Shown here: one piece after another, positions 26,241 through 38,745 of the stretch | Layout: each line of letters starts with the position of its first letter | How positions within the stretch are numbered: position 1 is the first letter of the stretch | DNA from: Vicugna vicugna | Taxonomy: Eukaryota | Direction of reading: 5' to 3' | Length of the DNA stretch: 64,000 nt | Assembly (NCBI GenBank): GCA_013265495.1 | Contig: MU057403.1 | Location: 1 to 64,000, forward strand | Notes under the pieces: generated by a model | Database searches by the model: none | The model's input: only the letters and a program-made list of their open reading frames with translations | Told to the model about the DNA's origin: nothing | Made by a program: the position numbers and the translations under genes

Positions 26241-28830
26241 ATTAGGGAATAAAAGACTGAAAGAACAAACGAAGTGGTAAATTTTAGAGGAGGTAGGAGA
26301 ACTTAAAACCCAAGATTTCAAAGCGGATGATGTACGTGTAAGTGACACATAGGATGTAGAGACACAAAGGGCACCTGAAGAGTGTGGGAAATGGATGCAG
26401 ACTTCTGAGTCCACTTCTAAGGTGGGAGCTGGGGAGGAGTGGGGCTACCACGGGTAGGGAGGCAGTGGAAATAAGAAAGAAGCTGGGATCATTCATCTCC
26501 GCCATCGCTAACTGGATATGCAAACTGGAAACAACAGGGTGGGGTAATCCTGAGAGAACGCTGGGAATAGTGTCAGAAACAGGGAAGGGAAACACTCCCA
26601 GGAAATGCCCCGCTTCTCTTGAATTACGCACCTCGGAGCTCTTGGATTTATCTAAACTGTCAAGGGAAGTGACTTGACTGGTTTCTCATAGGCGCTGTGG
26701 TGAGATTCACTGCAGTTCGAGTCCAGAATCATCAATGCAACGGAGGAGCGAGGAGCTGGTCAAGACCTTCCAGCTGTGGATGCAGTGAAGGCAGAGAAGG
26801 GAATGGCTCCGGATCAGAGAGGGGCACTAAACAGAGCCCCCTGCAGACTCCTGCTCATTGCCTGTTGCCATCCCCACAGCAAGGACCACCTGAGCATCAT
26901 TTATAGGCTCAGCCCTATCTCAGCCTCAGGAGCTTGTTAGGAGGTAGCTAGAGAAAAATAGCCCAAAACCTATTGAGCAAATTATCCAGCCCTACCGTCA
27001 CCTGCTACCTTTAAGAACCTCAGCTTTGCCTTATTTCTGGCATTAAGCTCTTGCTTCCTGGCTGCCTCCAATTAGCAGGTCCCCATATCTGCCCTCCCCG
27101 CCTGAGTGCCACTGTTTAACCTTCCGGGTTGCAGCAGGATGGGATCTTGATTCGCTGTGATTAGTGGTCCCAGGATAGTGCCCCCTGCTGGGACTTTGGG
27201 ACCTTTTTCCTGATTCCCCGAAGTCCAGCTTGGAAGTTCCTTATTTCCCCTCTCCGATTCCCTGTGGCTAGAGACTGAGTCCCTCCAAATAGGGCCCAGT
27301 GAGGTATCAGGTATTGCCTGCAGGAATTCTCAAACACCATGGCTAGTCTCAGCTGTTCTCAGTACTTCCCAGCCACAGCCACAAAGGCTCCTAAGTCAAC
27401 TTCCCCCTGGGTCTCAGCCTGTTCCATTTGCCTCCAAGGCTTGCTCTACCCTCACATTCATACCTAAGTCAGCCACCAGCGGGGTTCCTATTCCTGTCCC
27501 AGGGTGAGACAGCCACAAGGAGGGGCAAGGAAAAGCCATGGAGGCAGCCTCGAAGGCAGGCAGAGCTGGCAGGCAGATTCCAAGGATGAAGAAGGACTAA
27601 TAAGGGAACAAAGCACTTGGCTGAACATGGAGGTGCCACTTCCCTCCCCTGATCTGGGTCACAGCTGTCACTCTTCATGCCCAGCCCGCCTGCTTCCTCA
27701 AGGAGCCTGAAATCAACCTTCCTTAAACATGGTTATGTTTGAAATCCAAACCAACCTCCGGGGGAATGAGTTTCATATGGTAACTAACCCGCAGTACAAA
27801 GAAGGAGCTTATTTACCCTTGATTGATATTTACAAGAATTTAACCTGCATTTGGGACCATTCTCATCTGATGCAGTATCTCCCGACATATTTATGCTAAC
27901 ACAAGAAGATGTAGTCCACTCCATGGGAGGGAGGGAAGCAGGGACTGATTAAATCAGTCCTTCCTCCAGCTTCCATTCTTGGCCTTTTGGTGCGGCCTGA
28001 GTTTGAAATTTCTACCCCGTGTCAGTATAATGTAATTACAGTGTATTTACTCTGCCTTGACCTAGAAAGAATTTAAAGGGGCCCACCAGGTAACATGAAA
28101 TACAAGATGACAGCAGCTTAAGATGAGACTGAAACAAGCCGCCATGTATAGTTTTGCATGTTGGGCACTGTGCAACTCTAGACAGCATCACTTGCTTCTA
28201 TAATCATAACAGATTTATGTATTTATTACAACACTTTTCCAGCAATTATTCTGAGAAAAGAAGGCTCTGGGCGTGTGGTAGGACAGCATGTGTTCCTCTT
28301 CCTCGGTGTCCAGCCTACCCTTTGTGGGGCCATCTCTAGTAATAAAATGAAGTCCTACAACTCTGAGCTGACTCTGAGCTGTCTCTGAGCATAGCTTCTC
28401 CCCATGTCCTGCCTTTATGCTGTCTTTTTCTCTCTTTCTGAAGACTCTAACCCCTCTAAATAATAATTATAATAATGTTTATTACATTTTTTAATGCCAA
28501 GGCACTGTGTGAAGCAGCCTCTCCTATATTTTCGCATGCAATTTCAGCTGAATGTAAGGAACTTCTTGCTGCATATTTCAGGGTCGCACAGCTAGTCGGT
28601 GCCACCAGAAATCCAGGCTTGTGCACGTCAAGTTGGTGCTTCTACTGCCAAACAATCTTCTGTTGCGACGCGATCCCATGTTTTATTTGTGAGTCCAAGC
28701 TTCTTTTTAACAATGAAACATTGGGTTACACAAAGGAGTCAGCAAGAGTTCATCATAAAGAAGAAAATCAGCTATGTTTTGATTTTTGCCTTCTCCCCAA
28801 AGCCCCTTCAACTCAGAAGTTCCCAGAAAA

Positions 28831-29290
28831 GGGGGGAAGGTATAGCTCAGTGGTAGAGTGCATGCCTAGAATGCATGAGGTCCTGGGTTCGATCCCCAAT
28901 AACTCCATCAAAAATAAATAAGTAAACCTAAATACCTCCCCCCACAAACAAACAAACAAACAAACAAACAAAACCACACAAAGACAAATGAACTTAAATA
29001 TAAACTGAAACAGACTCACAGACATAGAATACAAACTTGGGGTTGTGGTTGTTGGTGGGGGAGGGTGGGAAGGGACAGACTGGGAGTTCAAGATTTGTAG
29101 ATACTGACAGGTATATATAGAATAGATAAACAAGTTTATACTGTATAGCATGGGGAAATATATATGGTGAAAGAGAATATGAAAATGAATATATGTATAT
29201 TCATGTATGACTGAAAAATTGTGCTGTACACCAGAAATTGACACATTGTAAACTGACTATAACTCAATTATAAACAAATAAATAAATAAA
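28831..29290 (+). mobile_element. Vic-1-like SINE head fused to an L1 3' UTR, within one TSD pair
   Basis: A box TAGCTCAGTGG and B box GGTTCGATCCC, then L1 3' UTR to a (TAAA)n tail; TTCCCAGAAAA on both sides. Confidence 0.85.
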
Positions 29291-31289
29291 TTCCCAGAAA
29301 AAAAAAAAGAAGAAAGTAGAACTTTCAAACAAATAGAATCTCAGACCCTCTTCCCCTGTGATACTTAATAGGATTACCCACCAGGCATTTGAAAATAAAT
29401 GCTACTCATTCTTAAAACTGTTTTCTCAGGGGAAAAGCAGAATGTTCCATGGAAAAGGCAGCATCCGCAGAGCAATCTTACCCATCTTCTGATTCTGGGA
29501 CATCGCTGTATTTGCAACAGTTAGAAAATGTAAGCTGTTTTAAAATCAAAAGTTTAGGTTGTCTTTGATTTGTAAACAGTTTTTTAAAAACACACATTTT
29601 ATGTGCAACTTTCAAATAATATTTTCTTCTCCTTATGAAAGCCATATATGACCACTAATTTAAAAAAAAAGCCATATATGACCACTAAATTAAAAGAATT
29701 AAAAAAAAAAGGGTGATCTCTCCACTAGAAATAACAGATATTAATATGTTATCTTTTTATTTCTCTCTCTTTATTCTTTTAATATAATTTAGAAGATATT
29801 ATGTGCATGCTTTGAAGTACATTGTTTTTACTCATTATAGTGTGTCAGTCCTGCTAGAAATGGATCTATTTTATTAGCTATTTCAAAAATTCTCCTTTTA
29901 GTTAGGGCTTTGAGCATCCTCATTATAGATTGCTTTCTATGTCATTAATTTCCTCCCTTCTTTTCCCTTATCTTTTCCTTGGCTTTTTCTGTGGGAACAA
30001 AGCTTTTGAGTTGTAGACTTTGCTAGACGTCTACCTGATACCCATTCCTCCTGGTCTCATTTATTCAGGGTAACAAAGTGTCCAGCTAAAAACCATCGCT
30101 TTCCTGGGCTCATTAGAAGAAGACACGTGACGCAGTTCTGAGATGTGAGTGGCAGTCTGCTGGGGGCATCAAGGAGGGCTTCCCACCTGGGACACATGTG
30201 GCCCTGGGTGAGGTAAAGAGCAGAACAAGAGCCTCGGCTCAAGTTGAAGCAGGAAGACAGAAGAAGGGGAGCCTGGGCCCGAGACATGTCATCCAAGAGT
30301 TCTGATTGCCCATTCTTGGCGTGTTGGTGGAATGAAACCAAGAACCCCCATCTGTGAAATCCATTTTTCAAGTTCTTTGTTGATTTGCACCAAATGCAGA
30401 CACTGGTACCCCTAGAGACAACAATGAGATGGCTTGTCATCTTTTTCTGTCTCTTGAAGCGACCTTTTCAGACAGGGAAAAAGCTCATGGAAATGGAAAG
30501 CTAGAATTAGGAGGCCCGGTGACCATTTAATTTCCCAGTCACTCCCTGAGTCACTCTGGGTGAATCACTGCGTAAACAGGTGTGTGAGTCATCTATATCT
30601 GCATAACCCATTAACACAAGTCAGGCTGTGGACAAGACATGTTTATTCTCCCACAGTTTCTGTGGGTCAGGAGTCCAAGCATGGCTCACATGGGCTTCTG
30701 CTCCAGGGTCTCATCAGGTTACCATCCAGGTGTCATCCAGCGCAGGGGTTTCTTTTGATGACTGGGCGGCAGAAGGGCCCCATTTTAAGTTCATGAGGTC
30801 CTTGGCATCTAATAAATTCAAATCCCACAGGGTGACAGGGTAGCATCCCATATTTGACTGATCAGAAGCGAATCATAGGTCCTACCCACACTCAAAGGGA
30901 GGGGATATCATAAGGGTATGTGGATGATTGAGGACCATAAGGTACAAGAGTGAGAAATGATGTGGGTAAATATGACAGTTAACATTCCAAAGGCTGTGGT
31001 TTTCATCCACATTCTTTTCAGAGGCAGTAGAGAAGATGGAGCTTCTTACAGCATTTTTCTTCATCTCCTAGTAACTCTCTCTGGTTTTAAAGTCCTCCTG
31101 GAGTTAGCTACAGATATTACCCATCAAAAGATATATTTAACATTTAATATTTATTCAGAATCTTGCATATCAGTCTACACTATTGGGAATTTTTGAAAAA
31201 TTTAATTCTCATTCATCTGACCCTAAAATTGAGAACTTACCCTTTGTAATTTGAGATTGAAGGGTATTTGATAAAGTAGATAACCATCA

Positions 31290-31563
31290 AACATATTTTT
31301 TACTCCACACACCAGCATCTTTGTTGAGTAGCTCACTACTCAACAAGGATGCTGACAGCCATAGACGTTCCACACAGTTTTGGCTCACTTGTAAATATAA
31401 ATGGACAGCCAGAGTTACCTGACATTGGAGGAAAACACCTAACCCATAATACAGAGAAAAAAAAAATATAAAGGAGAAGAGGGTAGCACAATCCTGAGAA
31501 TCAGAGGAAGCTGCAAAAATTACTATAAATAATATACTCAGAGAAATAAAAAAGTATTGCATC
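31290..31563 (+). mobile_element. Ancient L1 (L1ME-like) 5'/ORF1 region, left half of an interrupted element
   Basis: Appears to continue at 42872 across the TSD AAAAAGTATTGCATC. Confidence 0.55.
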
Positions 31564-31800
31564 AATGGAATACTATGCAGCCATAAAAAATAATAAAATA
31601 ATGCCATTTGCAGCAACATGGATGGACCTGGAGATTGTCATTCTAACTGAAATAAGCCAGAAAGAGAAAGAACAATACCATATGATGTCACTTCTATATG
31701 GAATTTTTACAAAAGACAAACAAACTTAGTTACAAAACAGAAACAGACTCAAAGACATAGAAAACAAACTTACGGTTACCAGGGGGGAAAGGGGGTGGGG
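31564..31800 (+). mobile_element. 5'-truncated L1 3' end, left part
   Basis: 'aatggaatactatgcagccataaaaaa...gcagcaacatggatggacctggag...aaacagactc' is canonical L1 3' sequence. Confidence 0.9.
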
Positions 31801-32435
31801 TGGCTCAGGTCTAAGGCGGGTGCTGTGACAGACCCTACCCTGTAGTCAAGAAAGACATACCCCCTCAACTAGCTTAGGGAAAGGGGCACTTATTTGCCTC
31901 CCTTACTTGGGAGAAACAGAAGCGGAGCGGCCTTGAGCAAGGTGGGCTCTAAGGACTCAGGAGCGTGGTCAGGGCCAGCCTCTCCCGCTTCACCTGGGGT
32001 GCCAGTGGGTGGACTCATGGAGACAGGCCTCTTCCATGTGTGGCGGAAAGATGCACAGATCACGTCCAGATAACAGCCGCAGAACTGAGGACAGACTACC
32101 AGGCACATTGCAAATACCAGGTCACATGCCCACCCTCGGGCAGATCGTGGTGTCTAAAAGGAGGGTATTAGGACCAACCAGCCAGGGTCAAGTCTGGGTG
32201 GGATACTGCACAGGGCTGGAGCACGTGGAAGGAGGGAAAGATTGTGAGGAGGAGGAGAAGGTGTGAGCCGAAGGGCTGGGTGGACAGAACACGTGTTTCC
32301 CCCACTCCCCACCCCTGATGCCTTGCCCTGTGAGGAACCTGCTCATCCTGGAGCTGGAGCAAGTCAAACCATTTTTCCCCTTCTCCTCCTTGGAAGACAT
32401 TTGTCTTATGCAAGGAGATGCTGGGGGTGCTCTGT

Positions 32436-32903
32436 TGTAACTGAGAAAGACCCTGTGGAGGCTTCCAGGGTCAGACCCTCCCCCATATCTTCTGCTGCAG
32501 CCCCTCTGAAGCACCCAGATCATAGTATCTCATGTGAATTTCCTGAAATTTTCAGATGCTAAAAACAACCACCAAAGGGAAGAAATGAAGTACTTGATGA
32601 TGAAGAGCACGTGGCTCCCAGACCTGCTGGCTTCTGGAGGGTGATGGTGTTGACGCCCTGTTCCCTCCACGTCAACCAGTCAGAAGACTGTGCACGAGCT
32701 GATCACACACCCTGCGACCCCCTGCCTCACCTGGCCTTTAACTACGCTTTGCTGAAAGCCTTTGGGGAGTTCAGGGTTTTCTTAGTCATGAGCCACCCCG
32801 TCCTCCTTGCTCAGCCCTGCAATCAGCCTTCTCTCGTCCAAACTGGGATGTGGTTTGTTTGGCTGCATGGTGCGCAGGGCACACGAACTTGCCTTCAGTA
32901 ACA
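32436..32903 (+). mobile_element. Solo ERV LTR (ERV1-like), 468 bp
   Basis: TGTAACTG...CAGTAACA termini; 4-bp TSD CTGT at 32432-32435 and 32904-32907; strand tentative. Confidence 0.75.
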
Positions 32904-34899
32904 CTGTTTTTAATCTTCAGTAAAGTTGATGCTCTTTTTTTATTCTCCATCAAAGGGGGAGCCTAATAATTTAGGAAAACCCTGAACCTATGGATTTGAG
33001 CTCTGATCTCACTCCCGCTCCCTGCCCCCACCCCTCTCCTTTTCTCCTCCTCTCTGTCCTCCTTTCCCTTCCTCTTCCCTCCCTTTCCTTCCCTCTCTGT
33101 CTCTCTCCACCCCCCACTCCCAGTAGATTTACTTAATTTCTTGGCTCACCAGCTGGATTCACATGTGAACAGATGTTTTGATCAATGACTTTGTCTAAGT
33201 GTTAAAAGTCACCAGTAGCAGGTTAAACCCAGCAGGCTAATAAAAAGCGTCCCCAAGCGCAAAGCGAAGGTGACAGTGTCCTTGATTTTTCTGCTTGTTT
33301 GTTATTACATTGTTTTCAGGTAGCTTTGTCTCTTGCAGCTGCAGGCTCTATTTTTCTTGATGTTTAAATGGAAAGGATTTCCTGCACCCACATTCAATCC
33401 CAGGTTTTAAGCCTTCAAATCCAATTACTTCCTGATTGGATTTGCATGCTTCTTCCTCAATCAGTAAATGAGCTGTTTCTTCTATGGGGCAAGTCCTTTG
33501 CTGAAAGTGACCTTTGTTGAAAGTGACCCTTCAGTTTTCTGTCCTTTCCCTGGGCATGCGTATCAAGGCTGAGTCTGCAGTAAAAGGCTTGTTTCAACCA
33601 TCTGTGGACACAAAGCCACTCCATGTTCCATGGACATCATGGGGCCATGACATGAGGTCCTGGCTGAGGCCGGCCCTGGCCAGTGCGTCCCAAGGCTGCA
33701 GTCTCCACAGGGGAGCCAGTGGGCACTCTTGAAGCATGAAAGACCCAGTTCAGGGCAGAGAAGAAGGAAGAGCGGATTTCTAGTCAGCAGTTAATAAATT
33801 CATGATGCCCACACCGTCTGGAAATATTAACCTGTATGTGGAGAGTCAGAGGTAGCAGACCTGTGGTGGGCCATCAGGGGTGCCTTCTGGTAGTTTTATT
33901 AAGATGCTCCATTAGAAATGATCCTAAAAGCATCAAATGCCAGACAGCGAACCATTCATCTGAGCGCCTTACAAGGGACACCTGCTCACCTGGGCAATCC
34001 CTCGTGTGTGGGACTGAAACCCTGTGTCACAGGATACTTAGCTTCCCAGTCTCCTCTGCCTTAAAGGCCAGAGCCCTCTCCCCACTCGTGGTGTCAAAGA
34101 TAACCCCACACATTCCCATAAACCCTCTATGATTCTCACTTTGGGGATAAGAAACCTAGGTTGAGAAAATTGAAGGCTTTTCTGAGAATGATAGCTTGAT
34201 GGTTTGAGCCCCATCTGATGCTCTTTCTATTAGTGTAAGGTGAGTCTGTGCAGCACGAGGGGCCCTGAGCTGGGTGGGGTGGGGGGCGTGAGAGCCCTGC
34301 ACTCGTCTCCTCCCACGGGTGGTGGTAGAAGGTTGCCTGCGTGCGCTCTCCCACCCTCACCTACAAACAACTACCTTTCTCTGGGTTTCAGCTGATGCCC
34401 TAGCCTCTTCAAAGCGGCCTTGAAATGCTGAGGTTCCTTGTATCAAACCACAGACTGGAGCATGGGGTTCGTTACTCTTGCTTATTTCATGGTTGGAGAA
34501 GTGGCCGAAATGTCCACAAAACACGCAGGGGACGTCAGCCTCAGCCCCTAATTTGAAAATACTTCAGGAAATGGTTAGATGAGCCCCAACAGACATTTTA
34601 CCTCAAATCAACTTCATTAGAGATTCTCTGGCAGGGCAAACCGTTGATAGGAGAGGGAAGATCAGAGCATGCAGAGCACATTGTGCATGATTTACAATAA
34701 AACCAGAGGTTTGGGACAATTTTTAATGAATCACTTTAAACCAAAGTCAATAGATAAAGAGTAGAGATCAAGGCTGATTTTTCACCTTTTAAACATGGGG
34801 GGGAAAATAAAAAATTAACATTCATCACAGGTCACACCAGGGCCAGTGATTTAGCACAACTTTCCCAAACTCTAATGGCTCAAGAAGGCAAAAGTCATG

Positions 34900-35520
34900 A
34901 GCAAACATGTGTAGAAAGCTTGAAATATCAGCTCTAGATAGGATTCAACACCTAACAAAGAGAAGACACACTCTTTTCAAGGAAGTGTGGAATCTATAAA
35001 AACTGACAATGTACCTCAATGAGTTCTACGGAAGCATCATTATATGTATATAATCATGCATATTAATGATGTATAGTATATTCTATTATTATATAAAAAA
35101 TTAGAAATCAATATTAAATATTTTTACAAATCCCATGTATCTGGAAACCAAAGAACATACTAATAAATATGCTTAGATTAAAAAGAAGGATGAAAGAGAG
35201 ATTACAAAATACTTAGCAGAGGACTAACAATGACACTGCATATCAAAACCTGGCAGCTTCAGGCCCAGACCGTTTCATAGGTAAGTTCTTCAGATTTTTG
35301 AGAAATAAATAATATGTTTCCATAATCTGACCCTAATCGCATATTAAGAAAAAATTATAACTAATTAAGCTTTATCTCAGGAAGGCAATAATGGCTCAAT
35401 GTCAAAAAATAATTTGTCAATGTAGTTTTTAACATCTCTAGAATAAAGGAGAACAACATTATCATTATCTTGATTTCTGCAGAAAACACTCAATAAAATC
35501 CAATACCTATACTTTAGTGA
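34900..35520 (+). mobile_element. Degraded L1 ORF2 fragments
   Basis: A-rich, L1-like motifs 'aaattagaaatcaat', 'catatcaaaacctgg', 'ctcaataaaatccaatacc'. Confidence 0.5.
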
Positions 35521-35524
35521 GCCT

Positions 35525-38500
35525 TCAGGACCACTGACCCAGGCCCAGGGAGTGCCCTGAGTGCCAGTCACCGAGGCCCAGGGTGAGTATCAGGGCCAGT
35601 GAACCAGACCCAGTGTTGCCATCAGTGCCTTGACCCAGGCCCAGGGTGTGCTTCAGCACCAATAACCCAGGACCATAGTGTGACCTCTGCACCAGTGACC
35701 CCAGATCAGGGTGTGGCTTGAAGGCCAATGACTAATGCCAAGTGTGTGACTTTACGGCCAAGGACCTAGGATACGTGTGTGCCTTCAGAGCCAGAGACCA
35801 AGGCCAAGGGTGTGCCTTTAGGGACAGTGAACCACGTCCAGGGTGTGCCTTCAACACCACTCACCCAGGTGGATGGTGTGTCTTCAAGGCCAGTGAACAA
35901 GGCCAATGTTGTGACTCTAGGGTAGTAACCCAGGCAAAGGTTGTGCCTTCAGGAACAGTGACCCAGGCCCGTGTCTGTCTTCAGTGTCTGTAACCCAGGA
36001 CCAGGGTGTGCTTTGACGGCTGCTGACCCAGGTCAAACATGTGCCTGCTGCGAGAGAGACCCAAGTTATGGGTGTGCTTTCTATGCCAGTGACCAAGCCC
36101 AAGGGTGGCAGTTTACAGATAGACACAGAGGCCCAGGGAGTGACTTCAGAGGCAGTGGTGCAGAGTATACATTTTGCGTAATTTAAACAGGCAAAGGGTG
36201 TCGATTTGGTGCCAGTGACCCAGGCCCAGGGTGTGCCTATGTACCAGTGACCTAGGTCCAGGGTGTGTCTTCAGGGCAAGTGCTCAAGCTAATGTTGTGA
36301 CTTCAGGGCCAGTGACCAAAGACCAGTGTGTGCCTTCAGGAACAGTGACCTAGGCCCGTGTCTGTCTTCGGTGCCAGGAACCAAGGAATAGGCTGTGCCT
36401 TCAGCACCATTGAACCAAGCCAAGGTTATACACTCAGGGTCAGTGACCCAGGCCCAGTGTGTGCTTTTAGGGCCAGTCACTCAGTCCCAGTGTGTGTTTA
36501 AAGGCCATTGACCCAAGCCCATGGGTGACCTTCAGACAACATACCCAGGCCCAGGGTGTGTCTTCAGGGCCATTGACCAAGGCCAACAGTGTGTCTTCAG
36601 CGTCAGTGACCCAGGTCAAGGGGGTACCTTCATGACCAGGGGACCAGGACGGGGGTATGCCCTCAGCCTCAGTGACACAAACACAGCGTGCTACTTCTAT
36701 GCCAGTGACCCAGGCCAAGTGTGTGTTCAGGGCCACTGACCCAAGCCAAGTGTGTGTCTTCAGGGCCACTGACCCAGTCCAAGTGTATGCGTGCAGCACC
36801 AGTGAAACAGTCCTTCGGTGTTCCTAGATTCTAGGAAAATGACTGTGGCCCTGGGACTGCTTTCATGTCAAGCTACACAGTCCCAGGGTGTGCCTTTAAG
36901 GGCAGTGACCCAGGTCCCCAGGATCTTCTCAAGGCCAGTGACCCAGGCCCAGGAGATGGCTTCTGCACCAGTGACCAAGGCCCAGGCTGTGTTTTTGTGG
37001 CCAGTGACCCAAGCCAAGAGTGTGTTTCTAGGGCCACTGACCAAAGCCAAGAATGCATCATCACGGCCACTGACCCAGGCCCAGGGTGTGTATCAGGGCC
37101 GGTGACCCAGGCCAAGAGTGCATCTTCACGGCCTGTGACCCAGGCCCAGGGGATGTCTTCTAAGACAGTGACCCAGGCCCAAGCGGTGTTTTTGGGACCA
37201 GTGACCCAAGCCATGTGTGTGTCTCTAGGGCCACTGACCAAATCCAAGTGTGCGTCTGTAGGGACAGTGACCAAGACCAAGAGTGAGTCTTCACGGCCAG
37301 TGACACAGGCCCAGGGTGTATATTAGAGCCAGTATACCGGGCCCGGGATATGCCCTCAGCTCCAGTGACATAAGCACAGCATGCTACTTCTGTGCCAGTC
37401 ACCCAGGCCAAGTGTCTTTTCAGGTCCACAGACCCAAGCCAAGTGTGTGCCTTCAGGGCCAGTGACCCAGTCGAAGTGTGTTTCTTCATGGTCACTGACC
37501 CAGGCCAAGGATATGCATGCAGTACCAGTGACACAGTCGCTCAGTATCCTAGATACTAGGAAAGTGACTGAGGCCCTGGGACTGCTATCATGTCAAGTTA
37601 TACTGTCCCAGGGAGGGTGTGCCTTCAGTGGCAGTGACCCAGGCCCCCAGGGTCTTCTCAAGGCCAGTGACCTAGGCCCTGGATATTGCTTCTGCGCCAG
37701 TGACCCAGGCCCAGGCTATTTTCCAGGCCAGTGACCCAACCCAGGAGTGTGTCTCTAGGGCCACTCACCAAAGCCAAGTGTGTGTCTTTAGGGCCAGTGA
37801 CCAAGGCCAAAAGGTCGTCTTCACAGCCAGTGACCCAGGCCCAGGGTGTGTGTCAGGGCCAGTGACCCAGGCCAAGAGTGCGTCTTCACAGCCAGAAACC
37901 CAGGCCCAGATTTGCAATTGGTGCCAGGGACCCAGGCCCGGTGTATGCCCTCATCCTCAGTGACACAAACACAGCGTGCTACTTCTATGCCAGTGACCCA
38001 GGCCAAGTGTGTGTTCAGGGCCACTGACCCAAGCCAAGTGTGTGTCTTCAGGGCCACTGACCCAAGCCAAGTGTGTGTCTTCAGGGCCACTGACCCAGTC
38101 TAAGTGTGTTTCTTCAGGGTCATTGACCCAGTCCAAGGGTATGCATGCAGCACCACTGAAACAGTCTGTCAGTGTTCCTAGATTCTAGGGAAGTGACTGA
38201 GGCCCTGGGACTGCTTTCAGGTCAAGTTACACAGTCCCAAGGGCAGTGACCCAGGTTCCCGGGATCTTCTCAATGCCAGTGACCCAGGCCCAGGGTGTGT
38301 TTTCAGGGCCAGTGACCCAAGCCAAGAGTGTGTTTCTAGGGCCACTGACCAAAGTGAAGTGTGAGTCTTTAAGGCCAGTGACCCAGGCCCCCTGGTTCTT
38401 CTCAAGGGTAGTGACCCAGGCCAAGGGGTTGGCTTCTGCTACAGTGACCCAGGCCCAGGCTGTGTTTTCGGGTCCCATGACCCAAGCCAAGAATGCATCT

Positions 38501-38745
38501 GTAGGGACACTGACCAAAGCCAAGTGTGTTTCTTTAGGGCCAGTTACTCAGGCCCATGGGTTCTTCTCAAGGCTAGTGACCCAGGCGCAGGCTGTATATT
38601 CGGGGCCAGTGACCGAAGCCAGGATTTTCTCTCTAGAGCCACTGATCCAAGCCAAGTGTGTGTCTTTAGGGCCGGTGATTATGGCCAAAAGTGCATCTTA
38701 ACGGCCAGTAACCCGGACCCAGTGTTGCCATCAGCGCCAGTGAAC
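35525..38745 (+). repeat. Satellite, ~33-bp unit CCAGTGACCCAGGCCCAGGGTGTGTCTTCAGGG (left arm)
   Basis: Many degenerate tandem units; recurring 11-aa PVTQAQ/ASDPGPG peptides in the ORF track. Confidence 0.95.

Noticed and set aside
28831..28905. tRNA-like sequence with A and B boxes
   Set aside because: SINE head with A-rich tail and TSD, not a tRNA gene
29637..29690. Short tandem duplication of AAAAGCCATATATGACCACTAA
   Set aside because: Ordinary slippage-type duplication with no sign of function
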